64,000 nucleotides of DNA from Eledone cirrhosa (lineage: Eukaryota). The notes under the pieces were generated by a model. It saw only the letters and a list, made by a program, of their open reading frames with translations. It had not been told where the DNA came from and searched no databases. A program made the translations under genes and the position numbers. Below, one piece after another: positions 11,501 through 25,998 of the stretch (positions within the stretch are counted from its first letter, which is position 1; each line of letters opens with the position of its first letter). The DNA is taken from assembly GCA_964016885.1 (NCBI GenBank), contig OZ024741.1, positions 309,938,001 through 310,002,000 on the forward strand, given 5' to 3'.

Positions 11501-12169
11501 GTTAGAGTAGTAGATAGGGGTATTAAAACAAAAATGAAACACTGAGTTAATTAACAAAATATTAATTAGAAACAGAGGTTATTTCTAGTAAACTATAGAA
11601 GGTTAGTAGAAAATAAAATTATTTCTCTATCTTTTTGGTTAGGGTCTTGTTTTAATAAAACATTCTTTTTTTTTAAAATCTATATTTTGATTTTCTATGG
11701 AAGTTAATTGATTGTACTTTCAAATTTTGTAAAAATGAATTTCCAGTTGAATTAAAATTTATTTTCTAACAACCTATGCTTAACCTTTATTTTATGTGAT
11801 GACTGTTTGTCTCTCTCTCTCATATATATATATATATACATATATACATACATACACAAAAAAATCTATTAATCATTTACTAGCTTACAATAGTAAGCTG
11901 TAATTTATACCTTAACTGTGTTTAATTACTTTGGGGGTGGGAAGAGTAGGATTGCAACATAAATTATGTGTATGTGTGTGTGTGTGTGCATCGTGTTCAT
12001 GTGGGAGAAAGGAGTTAAGTATGATGTGATGGATAGTGATATTAAATGAAGTGTCAGTAAGCAAAAGAGGAAGTGAATGGGCATTGGTCAAAAGACAGCA
12101 GATTTATGAAAGAGAGAGACGGCTGCACTACAGCTTGACCATGTCATACAAATAGACGATATAATGTAA

Positions 12170-12325
12170 TGCAGATATAGCTGTGTGGTTAAGAAATTTG
12201 CTTTGCAATCATGAGGTGCCAGATTCAATCCCACTGCATGGCATTTTGGGCAAATATCTTTTCCCATAGCCTCAGGTTAATCCAAACCTTGTGAACGAAA
12301 TTGGGTCGACAGAAACTGTATTAAA
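12170..12325 (+). mobile_element. Third tRNA-derived SINE family; other copies at about 9395-9510(-), 47490-47640(-) and 50470-50620(-)
   Basis: TAGCTGTGTGGTTAAG head, GATTCAATCCC B-box-like motif and TTGGGCAA..TCTT..ACAGAAACTG body repeated in the window. Confidence 0.7.
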
Positions 12326-13267
12326 ATCAGTTGAATGGGCTATACCTATAATTTATCCAACATTATCGCATATTGTGTCATGCTGATTCTGCTCGAGAAT
12401 TTCATTCAAGATCGACATCTGTAGAATACTCAACCACTTACACATTAATTCACAAGTCAATTATCCAGTTGATTGAACAACTGAATGCTTATCATCAAAA
12501 CCTATGGAGGACCAAACACGATGTAAGATGAGTGAAAAGGGTGCCTGGGGGTTGAAGGTACTCCCTGCAATAGAGGCAAATTAAAGAGTACACAAGAAGC
12601 AAGAAGAGATTTAGAAGCCTGACAATACAGATGACATGAGATTAAGACGGAAGCAGGTGTTGTATTGTAGAGCAGTTAAATTAGTGTCAATACAGAAAGA
12701 ATGGACGTAAAACTGATGAAAAAGTCTGCTGCTGATGTTATTAAAGAAATCCTAATATTTAGATAGAGCAGAGAACCATCAAATCTTGAGTCACCACTAA
12801 CTACTCCCACCATTCGTTTCTCTCCTACAATTACAACTGACTTCAGAGCTGTAAGGAATGTAAACAGAAGCACTTTGGTAAAACTAATAACTATTTTAAC
12901 CACAAATTCTTGTCAAAATATTAACCTTATAACATCCACAAGTAGTTACTGTACTACAGATAACAACAGAACTGTTGTCAATGAATTTGCTTTTCAGATT
13001 CCAACTGCTGCTGACACGTCTGTCTGTCTGTACAGTGTCTGCTCTGTCACTACATTTATAAATATTCATACAGTTAAATCGTGCTGTCAGGTGTTAACTC
13101 ATTCATAACCACAGTAGCTGTTAGCAGCAGAACATTACTATGTTGAACTATTCAGACAATAAACACTGTTGAAACAAGAACTACAGATTAGCAAGAGTCA
13201 ATAGGATATTTGAACACTGAGCCAAGGTCAGACATTTTTTCCTCTACACCTACACCACTTAGCAATG

Positions 13268-13595
13268 AAGGTGCATGGCTTAGTATTTAGGTTGTTCAGC
13301 TCACAATCATGAGTTTGGGAGTTTGATTCTAGGTGGAAGGTTATGCCCTTGAGCAAGACACTTTATTTCCTTGTCACGCCAGTCTTTTCAGTTGGAAAAA
13401 AAATATCAAATGTCCCCGTAATTCAAATGGCCAGCTTTGTCATACTTTATATCATGTTAAATCTCCTTCAGAACTACATTAAGGGTGCACGTGTATATGG
13501 AGTGCCCAGATACTTACACATCAATTTCACAAGCAGGCTGTTCTATTGTTTCAAACAAATAGAACACTCATCATTGGAACGGATGGAGGTTCAAC
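13268..13595 (+). mobile_element. Second tRNA-derived SINE family; other copies at 5903-6021(-), 26590-26736(-), 38276-38390(+), 47935-48047(-) and 52200-52472(-)
   Basis: TGGCTxAGTGG A-box-like and GTTCGATTC B-box-like head followed by the shared CCTTGAGCAAGACACTTTA segment. Confidence 0.78.
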
Positions 13596-15708
13596 AACAG
13601 CCCCAACAAACTCCACCAATTTCTTAATAGATACTGCAGGATCATTGCAAAACTGAAAGGTATTTTGTTAGATTGCACTGTTGAGTGTGGATTTTTCTGT
13701 GTATTTAAACTATGTCAGGTATTAGTGGTGGTGCCACACCAGGTATCACACCATGAAATGGTTGACATTAAGAAGGGCATCTAGCTATAAACCATGCCAA
13801 AATATAAGACATTTTAATGTAGTTGTTTATGATATTTTATAGGCAGCAAATTGGCAGAGTCAGTTTTGCCTTTCATACCTTCAAGACTAATGAAATAAAA
13901 GTATCAGTCTAGTATTTGGTTGATTCTTCCTCTCTGTCTCTGTATCTCCTTCTCTGGAAGAAATCGGCAATATTCAGACTTAGAGATGGATGGTTTCAAC
14001 CAGGTTCAAAATGTCACTACATCACAACTACAACTTAATCAGGAGTTACATGTCCATACATATATATATTATATTTTTCTGTAAATTACTTTAATTTTCA
14101 CTACAGCAAAGAACATCCTAGATATGCTACACTTCAGTTTAGTCTAGATGCATGCTATATGCATACACTGTCATACAATAGCTAGTCATACAGAGTAAGA
14201 GTTTGATAGTCATTGGATGGGAATTTAGTTTGCCAGTGGGTCTGCTTTTATATGATGGAAAACTCCTGTAAAGTTTGTTTGTTGTTGTTTAGCACCAAGT
14301 CAGTTCTGATTGAGCAGACATGACCATAGCCATTCCAGCCTTGACCACCTTATCTAGGACTATATTATCTTATATGCACTTCCTTTTTTAATATAGTAGG
14401 CTGGTGATTTCTTTTAGTAAGTTGAGCAACTGCAGAGAGACTTAAGCAAATGTTATTGTAGGAGGTGATTAATAAACAAAAGGCCATCTTTATTTTCAAG
14501 GGAAAACTTCCATAAAACGTTATGTTATCTTTACATCGTGAAACAGAGAAGTCCACTTCTCTCAGTTTCACGATACACTAATAATTTCTAATTTAGGCAC
14601 ATGACCAGTAATCTGTGGGGTGTTTAAGCCAATTTATCAACCTTAGCACTTTACTGGTATTTTATTTTATTGGCTCCAGAAAGTTGAAAGGCAAAGTTGG
14701 CCTTGACAGGATTTGAAACAAGAATGTAGAAGACCATAACAAAATACCACAATACATCTTATTTGACACACTAATGATTCTGCCAATTGAATGCCCTTCA
14801 ATCTTGCACTAATAATGAAATGCCTGCCAAATTTACAGTGATGATATTTCTTAAAACTGTGACACTGACTTACAGGTAAGGGGACTGAGCCATTTCAGAG
14901 TTAAGTTACTTGGCTATGGATACAACAGGGTGGTTGTTAACAAGATATAAATGGTCAATACCATCAACTGGTTATCTTGTAGACATTTGAGACATCTGCA
15001 CCAACAACTAGTTAATGAGATAGAATGTTTTACACAACAACACAATTTGAAACATAAAACAATAAAGAGCAGAAATACAACCTATGACATACCAGCTGCA
15101 AGATCAGCACCTTAACTATATGCAAAAATCTATGCACTAAAACCAAGTATGATTACTTTTTTACATGCTTGATATTGTTTAGCCAGAGGAGGGGGAAGGC
15201 TAGTGCACATGACCCATGACTCAAAACTAATAAGAAGGTAGCACATTAGATTTGGACTAAATGTTTGAAATGAAGTGTACTTCTCTAAAGGTACCCAAAG
15301 AACAAGTGGCGGTGTTAAATCAGTTTCCACATGGCTTCCATCCACCAAATTCACTCACAGGGCTTTGGTAGAGGACACTTGTCTAAAGTGACATGCAGTG
15401 GTCTTGAACGAAAATGACAAAGTTACGAAGCAAGCTTCATAACTAAACAATCTTACATGTGTCCACTCAGGTAAGATTGATCGAGCTAAAGCTATGTTAG
15501 AAGCACAAAGGCCACAAATTGGTAGAGCAGAAAGCAAAGATAATTAAATTTGCCAGGTAAATATTTTATCAAACCCCAGAAGGATGAAAAGCCTAATCGA
15601 ACTGAGCAGGATTTCAGCTGAGAAATCAGAGGCAGAACTTCATACTAAAAGTTGTTTAGTCCGGCAATCTATCAATTCTACCAATCTAAGTACTATAATT
15701 ACTGTTTC

Positions 15709-15744
<36 letters not shown>

Positions 15745-17096
15745 TCACATATATGCACATACACACATGTGTGTATGTATGCCTTCAACTGTTCAGTCAA
15801 TCATATCAATCTCAGTACATTTAAAAAAATCTGGTACTTATTTTATCAATCTATATTTGTCAAACTACTAAGTTATGGTGAACAAATGATGGAAACATAT
15901 ACACAGATATGCACATGCAGACACACCCATATATATATATACACACACAATCACTAAAAAAACACTCGCAGAGAATTTAAATCTGAAAAACATGAGTTAG
16001 CAGTGAAATAACCTATCCACTCAGTCATTCTGTGTTTCCATTAATGGCAATCATCAGACAATGACTGAGCCTATAGCTGCTCCAACACCTAACTAAATGT
16101 CTGTGTGGTAATCTTACATTACTCAACTGAGATTCCAGCCATTACCATCTTGTTTGCTTTTCTAGTATACTGCATTTAAAACTACTTCATCCAATACATT
16201 TTCTCCTTTTTATGACACTAGGGCAAAATTTGAAGGACATTCAGCTGCTAATTTTGGTAGTTCAAGTGCTCATGTAGAGGCTCAATGATAAGTGTTGTGC
16301 TTTTGGTCCACCATGCCCACCCCTACTGTAGTTGTCACCAGAATGTACAGGTGTACAGAAATAGACTGAACAGTAGAGAGGGTACAAACAGGGTAAATCT
16401 AACCACAATGCACCCCTAAACAGCTGATTAGCATAGGCAGAGAATACCAGAAACAATAGGCCTGCCCAATTGAAGCTCACTTACAGCTACACTATTAATA
16501 CAACATATTAAGTTGCTCCAATAAACATAAGTTAATCAACATTGTTTTAAGTATGGATGGACTTAGTACACCTTGTCCTTATCTTCACTGTAACTGCCAC
16601 TAGAAAGACTTCAATCATACACACTATATTAAGATAGCCATATTAAGACGAAGCATAGCCTAACCAACAAGCTATGGCCCTGCAAGTCAAACACTGCACA
16701 GCAGAACCAAACAAAGTATTACAGCAGAGTAGTTCTAAAAGTCAATACTAAATTATAGAAAAGAAAAACAAAACAAAACAAAAAAAGTCCTTTTTCAGAA
16801 CAACAATGAACAAACCACCTAAACACACATACTTGCCAGGCAAGGCACAATCAGCACATTTCAAGTTATAACTCCAGATATCTTATAAACATGTAACTAA
16901 GAAGACCCCAGATTACTAATAAATAACTAAAAAAATATATATACAATAATAATAAAAAAAAGAAAACAGCCATTTACATAGAAATCACCCTGAAATTACT
17001 GTTGGGCATAGATAACACGATCACATCTTCTGTATCTCTTGGAGTTGCATTAGTTATCAATTAATAACATTTCATTAAAAAAAATATATATATATG

Positions 17097-17137
<41 letters not shown>

Positions 17138-17286
17138 TTTAATGAAATGTTTTGAAAACACAAAATATATCTGGGGAATTTGCAAATGCAGAGTCAGGTT
17201 CGATCTGGAACAGATTGTCGGAGAAACATATGTAATATGTTAATAAACTGCGTTTTGATGCATTACTGATTCCTCGTTATCTATAA

Positions 17287-17321
<35 letters not shown>

Positions 17322-17328
17322 TATATAT

Positions 17329-17405
<77 letters not shown>

Positions 17406-19182
17406 AACATACATATATATAACGTGCATGCGTGTGTACTGTAAATGAATTAACAAGTAGAGAGTAAAATATACGAACATATCACTACTACTAGTTAATA
17501 TCTAAATTTGAAACCCACATAATCTTTGAATGATATAAGATCAGCAAACCTTCCCCAGTGGTATAACTGGTGAAATATATTTGCTCAAACCCAATGATTT
17601 ACTTTTGTGCATTCTTTCAAACAACAAAGTGAGAATATTGGAGTAGTGATAAAATGAACCATCAACTTCAAAATTGCACTGCATGGAATATCCTGTTAAG
17701 ATTGTGGTTTATCAAAAGTCATGCACAGCTCTTGCAACATGGTGACTTTTTTCATACAGTGGCAATAGCAATACTGAGGTCTGAAAGGCTGTAATTTGCA
17801 GGCATTTTATAGAGCACCATCATTGCAGCAACCTGTCATTTAAGTTCCAGCATTATTTTTATGACATCTTTTCCATTGAAAAATCATTCTCTGCAGCTTT
17901 GAATCAGGTTTCCTGATCAATGGTGGTTAGTTGTCAGTATTTGGTATATAACACATTTTGTAAAAGCTTGGCAGAGACACTGGACTTAGATGTTGCTGTT
18001 GTATGTGAAATTGCGTTACATTCAAGAGAGGGGTTACAATGTTTTACCAGTTCTTGCTGTTGAGGCTGCCACTTGTCGCATTTTGTCTTAGTCTGACATT
18101 TGTCAAGTCTTGTCCTAATATGACAGACACATTTTCTTAGTCTAATTCTATACTTCATTGGAATTGTGACTAGTTTTTGTAAATTTCTATTTGACAGATG
18201 AGGTGGTGTGTCCTTCTCAAAGTTCTGCATTCACCTTGAGACTAAATTTTATCATCTGGTTTTTTACTAATGACTTTGCTTAAGATGGAGAGACTCAGGG
18301 CTTTATAAATAGTCACTTGAATGCACATTTTCATCATATCTTGCCCTTTAAGCATAGCTGACAAGTCAACTGATTCTGATTTAATGTAAAGTCCTATGTC
18401 ATAAAAGTTTCCTCTTTTATAACATCAAACTTTTTTTTTTACATAGACTATCTTTGTAGACTGGAACATTTGTTTCCATCGGCATTGAATTATTGTTTGA
18501 TGTGCAGAGATGTGCTAGAATTAGGCTAGCTGTAAGTAAATCTGTCAGAAAAAAAATTAAGGACATTATCTCATGCAGTCGGTTAATTGAAAATTGGCTG
18601 CAAATTGAGGCTGTCATTGTGTCATTTTATGTGCAATATTTGCTGTTCAGCTACAAAGCAACATCTCCATGATATTTCCACAATAAATTCAATCAATTTT
18701 CTGAATTTTTTAAATGTCAACCAAGCATGTAGGCTCTTCTTAGGTCAGGGCAGTAAAACCTCATCCACACAAAAACCCTGCTCCTCTAATCTACAACCTC
18801 ACCTCTAATGACAATATCCACCTCCCTTGGCAGCATCCCTCCCTCATGACAACCTTAAATCCATACACCTCGTAAATACATGAATTCTGTAATCTGTCCA
18901 AAGGCAACCAATCTAGGAGAGGGGTAACTCTAAATAATGTCTGACACAGAGTAGACAAGACTGTTTAGTCTTGCTACAGACAATCTCTCTAGGTAAAATG
19001 AACTCAGTCTATATTGGTTATAAAAGACCTAACCAAAATGAGAAGAATGCAGGAGATGTGGTCTCCACAAATCCCATCATAGACTACCAATCTTAGAGGG
19101 CAATAACTCAGAATAAGAACAGATACATGTTTCAGAGGAGTGCTTTATTTTGTTGCAGGACAACCTCTCTAGTATTGAAGGC

Positions 19183-19249
19183 ACAATAAAATACACCCAG
19201 TTGATTGGTTATTACATGAATAACCAATCAACTGGATGCATTTTATTGT
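19183..19249. repeat. 67-nt hairpin (31-bp arms)
   Basis: Arms 19183-19213 and 19219-19249 with two differences. Confidence 0.92.
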
Positions 19250-22200
19250 AAATATAAAAACATGAAAACAAAAGACAGCAAAATATTGGTCAGTTATTTT
19301 CATTGCTACCTTGGCTGAATGATGAGATCCTGTGAGACCCAACCAACCTATGCCAAATAAAATTAGTGATATTGATGATGATTATACATACATATCCTCA
19401 TCATTATTGTTATTTTACATCCATATTACATGCTGGCATATGTCAGTCAGGTTGTCATGATTTGAGACTAGACAGGTTGGAGAACCCCATTTTGTTTATC
19501 AGTTCCATTCATGGTGTGGTTTCTACAGCTGGATGCTTTCTTAATGACGGACACTTTACAGAGTGTTGTCTAAATGTCTGAGTATTCTGTTATTGGTTTC
19601 AGTCAATAGACTATGGCAGTGCTGGGGCACTGCCTTGATTTAGTTGATTATATCAACCTCAGTACTTATCTTTTTACAAGTCTGGTATATATTTTATCAA
19701 TCACTTGCTGTTAAACCACTAAGATAAGGGGCATAAACATAAATAGATAAGACACTCACACATTTACTTACTCACTTTATTTCTTTACAGCCTTCATACA
19801 CCCGCAATCAATGCCAATATCTTATTATCATGCAACATAGCATTACATACGCCATCATCATAAAATCTGCCCTTCACAATAGACGAATCACTAGTTCTGA
19901 TGGTAGAGATGGTACTGCTGAAAAATTCTAAACTTTTCTACCATATTTAGAAAAACTTCTGTTCAAAATGTCAATTGGTGTCAAGTGTTAAGAGGTTTTG
20001 AGCAGCTTGAATGTACTAGCCCTTAGAAAATGGTGGTTTACATACTGTAGTTGTAATATCAATGAGTTGTGGTTTGCATGTACTCCTGTACATGGCTTAC
20101 AGGTTCTTACAAACCATTTATCTACTCCCAATGTTTTTAGCAACCACCAGGCTACAGTGTGTGGAACCCTGTCTATGGTCTTCCTCAGATCAACAAATGC
20201 AAAGTGTAGTGGCTTAATTTTAGCTCAGACTTTCTCCTGAAAATGTTTTACTAAGAAGGCAATGCATGTATATTTTCAACTTGTTTTTTTAGTTCTAATA
20301 ATACTGGGAATTCACTGTTCTAGACTGGTACTATTTCATCGACTGATGAAAGCTAAAACTCACCTCAGCTTTATTTGAGCTAAGAACATGAAGGCAAGCA
20401 ACTAAATATTACACGACATATTATAGACCACTTAACTGATTCTGCCACCTGCATCCACTCAACAATAAGGGAACGGTATAGTTGACTAAACTGATCTATA
20501 TTATATTACTGGTACATAGTTTAACGAACACTAGAAATTAGAGGAAACACTCCCTTTTGAACTTGGAACACAAAGGCATACAATATGAACTGTAAAGATT
20601 TTGTTGTTACTGTTGCTTACCAACTTTAACTGAGCTAGAATACCTTTGATCATGGAGCTAAATTTATGATTAAAAGCATTTGAACTATGACCATTCTGCC
20701 TTTTTTTTTCTTCAGGCCATTGAGTACTCCAAATGACATCATCTAATGTTTTTTTTAAGGTGGTAGGGAGTGACAAGGGAGGCGTGGCTGCTAGTTTTAG
20801 TATGTGTGTTGGCTCATGAGGCTGTTCTTGTTCTTTAGCACTAGATACAATTGAGCAAACCTTTCATCATTCCAGCCATGACCATCCCATCGTTTGTTTA
20901 TATCTTCTAACTCTGCACTTTGACAAATAAAGATGTATAAGATTAGTACCAGACTTAAAGAAATAAATATGATTGACTAAAACCATTGTTACTGGTGTTC
21001 TAGCACGACTACAGTCAAATGACTGAAACCAGTCAAAGAATAAAAGCTATATATATATATATATATACTAATTTGAAAAACCCAAAAGGTATCTTAATTA
21101 AACAGTAAAATAATTTAATCTAATTAATGTAATAAAAAAAAAGATTAAAATCAGGATTGTTTTTTTTTTTTGTGATTTTTTTGGCTTTGCAGTTGGAAAT
21201 TTGTTTTAACAAAACAACAAGAAAACAGAACAAAACAAAACTAAAAGAAAATAAATAAAAAGTATTTTTTAATTAGTCCCAAAGCTGTATTAATTTTAGG
21301 CAAGTCATTCATTAAATGCTTTGCCCTAAAGTAGGACAGATACAGCATTGATGAAAAGAACCCTGTCAAGGGGGTGGGTGATGGTTAAGCTTACTGTGTA
21401 TTTTATATCCACTGAAGTAGCCTGGCTCTGAGTGGATAGATAGTTAGATAGAGATAAATAATTTTTGAAAAAAAAAAAAAAGTTATTTTTTAAAAATAAA
21501 ATTTAAGAAAAAAAAAATTAAAACAAAAACAAAAGTCAGGGTTGGAATTGGGTTGAAAATAAATAAATAATAATAAATAAACCAAAAAACATGCCACATG
21601 TAACTTACTGAGGGTTCCTGACCATCCTGAATCCACCGGAAATGAAAAAGCTTAATCATTAGCAAGAAGGCCATAGCACAATATTAATAATAATAATAAT
21701 AATTATGATAATAATATTTATGATATTTATAATAATGATAGTTTTGTAACATAGGCACAAGGTGAGCAATTTGCGGGAAAGGAAAGTTGGTTTAATCAGC
21801 CCCAGTACTGAACTGTTACTTTATTTTATCAACCACAGAAGGATGAAAGGTAAAGTTGACTTCGGTAGGATTTGAATACAGAATGTAAAAGCTGGAAGAA
21901 ATACTATAAACCATTTTTTCCAAGGCCCTAACAATTCTGCCAATCCACCAATAGTAAGTAATAATGATTTCTAATATTCGCACAAAGTCCGTAAGGGCAG
22001 ATATAAATCTATGAGGGATGAAACGCAAAGCCAGTTTCAAAGGAATTTGAACTCAGACAGTAGAGCCACACAATTAAACAGTGAAAAGTGTACTATAGTT
22101 TGGTGTGTACTATCTTTTCCTTCATTCTGAGTAATGTTAGCTTCTTATACTGGCATCAGATCAGAAATATCTTAAAGCAAAGATGTAAGTCAATTGAATT

Positions 22201-22339
22201 GACTCCCCAGTATATGACTGGTACTTATTTTATCACCACCACCCCTTACCCCCAATGCAATATGAACTTAAAGAGATGACACCAAACACTGCCAGGCATT
22301 TAGTACATCATTCTACAAGCTAAACTACACAAAATAATA

Positions 22340-22850
22340 ATCATAATTTTAAAGATTTCTCTAGCAACCGTTTACTAAGTGAAACATTAATTGGCCTCAG
22401 ATAACAGAGGATTCTGGCAGTGGTAATCAGGGATCCTAAGTCTTCTGATGAATGACATAAGGCATTTAGGGACTGTGCCTAGCGCTCCAAATATGATTGG
22501 CATGACTTCTGTTTCAACATGGTGCTCAGTTCTAATAGTGCCTGCAAGGTCTGCATACTTATTGATCTTTTCCATTTCAGCTACATTATGGTCTTCGGGG
22601 ACCGCAATATCAATTAGAATCCATTTTGGGGGTTGTTTGTTTTTACAACAATATCAAGGCGGTTGTGTTGGACTTTGTGGCCTTGAGCTCGAGGTCCCAA
22701 AATAATTCTACTCCCTCACTTGATGGGCAGGAGTCATAAGGAGTATGTTCGTAACACTGACATTGCGTTTCAATGTTGTATTTTTTGCACAACTCCCAAT
22801 GGACTCTTTTTGCTATAAGATCATGCCAGATTTAGTAATGTCTTTCATAA
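22340..22850 (-). mobile_element. R4/Dong-type non-LTR retrotransposon fragment (restriction-like endonuclease C-terminus)
   Basis: HDLIAKRVHWELCKK, PDIV, LIDIAVP, EKINKYADL and PIIFGALG motifs; TAA-rich repeats on both sides. Confidence 0.8.
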
Positions 22851-23419
22851 TAATAATAATAAAATAATAATAATTGCAACAAACGATAATAACAATGATG
22901 ATGATAATACAAGGATTTCAAAATAAAAATTTAAACTGATTTTGGGGAATGAGCAATTATTATCCTACTGAGTATGGTCATTAAAAAATAAAATTATAAA
23001 AACAAAAATGAAATAAATAAAATGAAAATAGCAAGAAAAAACTAAGAAACAAATAAACAAAAACATGAATGAATACATGACAACATTGCCAAGTCTCACA
23101 ACATTGCATACAATTCCCTTGACCACCCAAAATAGAACAACTAAGCACTACATACATTTTCTGGAGAATCCTCACAATACAATGAACACAACACATATGC
23201 CGTATATACTTGTGTGTAAGTCACATCCATCCCACCCCCATTTGTGTAAAATATTTGAACATATACATGAGTCGAATGTTGTTGCTTTTTGTAAATACTG
23301 TTTGCAACTTCTATTGTGGTTCTATTTAAATAATAATAATAATTTCTATTTCAAAGGAAATGGAAGTTGCAGGCTCTGTAGTGTTATCCCAGAAACTTGC
23401 TTTTGGGAACAGTGTGAAT

Positions 23420-24010
23420 CATGGTGCAGCCACACTTAGAATTTGTATCGCCAGTCTGGAACCCCTATCTTGCTCTGAACATTGACCTGACATTGAAACT
23501 GTTCAGAGACATGCAACCAAGCAAATACTCTCCAACAGGCATCTACCATACTCTGAACACCTTGCTTCCCTGGGCATGGATACATTGAAGCTCCGACGTC
23601 AGGAAACTGACTTGGTAAACACCCACAAAATTATTAACCATCTTGCTGAGTACCTTTTTGATTTCCATGTGTCTAACACACGTGGGCATGCCAACAAAGT
23701 CAGAAAACAGCACAGCTCCCATGACTTTCAGAAACATTTTTTCATGGAACAAACTCCCTGCATCAGTTGTTAGCTGTCGAGACACTGCATCCTTTAAAAC
23801 CTCCATGCTCCCTGAGATTCGACAACACTACACCTAATATTCTCCCTCCATACACATACACATACACACATGTATATCATGACTCATACACTATTCACTT
23901 CCCTGACATTTGTATATTATTCTATGTACTATACATGCACCTTTGATGAGTTGTAGTGCACCTGAGCACTGTACACAATAATTTCATTATTATCATTATT
24001 ATATTATTAT
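23420..24010 (+). mobile_element. Decayed 3' fragment of a related CR1 subfamily
   Basis: Frameshifted similarity to the ORF2 C-terminus (LKLRR..DLVNTHK, TRGH, WNKLPASVVSCRDTASFK), the same 3' UTR and an ATT tail. Confidence 0.93.
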
Positions 24011-25817
24011 AAGGAAAGTTGATGAAGACAAATTTAGTGATACCTAAGACCACTGGTTGTGGTCTGCTATCACACAATACTTGGATTTTCAACACCTCAC
24101 CTGCGAAAACAATCCTATAATAATAATTATAATAATAATAATTATTATTATTATTGTTTCTATGTTTGGCACAAAGCCAGCAATTTGCAGGGAAGGGGAA
24201 AGTCAAATAAATCAACCTTAGTATATTACTGGTGCTTTATTTTATAAACCTCATAAGGACGAAAGACAAGGCTAACCCTAGCAAGATTTGAACCAAGGTT
24301 AGCTTTGCCTATAATATAATAATGATGACAAAAATAATGGTTTCTGATTTAGGCACAAGGACAACAATTTGGGGGAGGGGAAAGTCAATTAAATTGACAC
24401 CAGTGTGTACTGGTACTTTATTTTATTGACTGGTAAGGATGAAAGGCGAGATTTGACCGAGGTTAGTTTTGCCTATAATATAATGATGATAATAATAACA
24501 ATAAAACATTTAGTTAAAAGAATCTCCCCAATCACTGACAGTATAGTTTAGCAAAGACCAGGAACCACAACAACTATATATTTTGCATAGAAGTAGTTGA
24601 TAGCTTTTGTTAACTAGTGACCATATTAGTAGTGGAGGAGGTTGCTCTGAAAGCATAGTAGCTAGAATATGAACAGAATGGGAAACAATTCAGGGAGCTA
24701 CTGCTGTTGACAACAAAAGGCTTTCTCTCTACAAGTGAAGGGCTGGCTGTATGATGCCTGCATGTGAAGTGCTAAGTTGCTTGAAAGCGAAACATGGGTG
24801 GTAAATGCAGAAGTCATTTTTTTGTTAGGCATGTCATTTAGAAAACCAAATGGGCCACAAGCAGCCCATGAGTCACAGTTTACCCATGACTGCTCTAGTT
24901 TGTTCTGCTGAATGATGTACCCTAATTATACTGCCCTCCACATACTATGTACTGATTTGAAGAAAAAAAAACAAAAAAAAATGACTACATACATGCTTTG
25001 AATTGTAAAACAATGTGTCCTAAAGTTTGAAATCTTTGGGTAGTGTGTTCTTTAATAAAAATGGAAAACCTAGCAATTAGGAATACCAATAAAATGTCTC
25101 ATTTGATTCCTACCTACAGTGCCAAACAATATACTGAAGCAGACCTGAGCAAGGCTAAACATTATCATCATGTTCTCATCAGCATTTTAACTTTATTATT
25201 CTTGCCTCTCTCTCTCATACACCCATATACCCTCTTACTTTCTTTCACACATACACTCACATTCATCTACTCTACCCATATATATCAGCAACAAAACAAA
25301 CAAATAAAACATTTGGCACTAGTTTCCACATATTTTCTTACAAGTAAAGAGTTGTTATGGTTACGCATGCAAGTGTAACAAAGCAATCTCACTATATAAA
25401 AATACAATAATAATGATGATAGTGATGGTTTCTAATCTAGCACAAAGTCAGTATAGAGGAGGGGTGAGTCCTAGTATATCACTGGTAACTATCTGAGTAA
25501 CTCTGGCAATATTAAAAGTTAAGTCAACCCTGCAGGATTTTAACTAAATAATAATAATTTCTAGCATAGGCACAAGGCCACAAATCTTAAAAAAAAAAAA
25601 AAGAGACAATTGATTAAATTCAACATCAATAAATGACAAGTATCTTTTTATTCTTTTATTCTATCAACCCACCACCAAAGAAAGATGAAAGTGTTAAGTA
25701 AAGTTCACCTCAGAAAGGAATTAAATACTAAATCTACAAATCAATCCACCTGGTTATAATACTTCCTCCTCTACACCCCATTTCCTGCTAACAAAAAAAT
25801 TAAACCAACTGTTACTT

Positions 25818-25998
25818 CAGCAGTTCCCAACTTGAGATTCACAGAACCTTGGGAATTAGCAAAAATAGTACTTCAGAAGGTGGGAGGGCATAGTCCGTGA
25901 GTTTGGTGAGTAGACAAGCCTTTCAAAAGCTTCAGGGCAATGAGAAAATTAATTTAAATGAACAGGGCTCTTAGTACTGAAAAGGTTGCAAACCCCTG
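25818..25998. mobile_element. Possible decayed hAT-like MITE
   Basis: Imperfect TIRs CAGCAGTTCCCAAC and GTTGCAAACCCCTG; no clear 8-bp TSD. Confidence 0.4.

Noticed and set aside
12701-13108. Ser/Thr-rich plus-strand frame of about 135 codons with one internal stop
   Set aside because: No recognisable domain or convincing splice sites.
20531-20776. ORF containing KKTLDD, reminiscent of the start of the Akt kinase exon
   Set aside because: No glycine-rich GKGTFGKV loop or other kinase motif follows.
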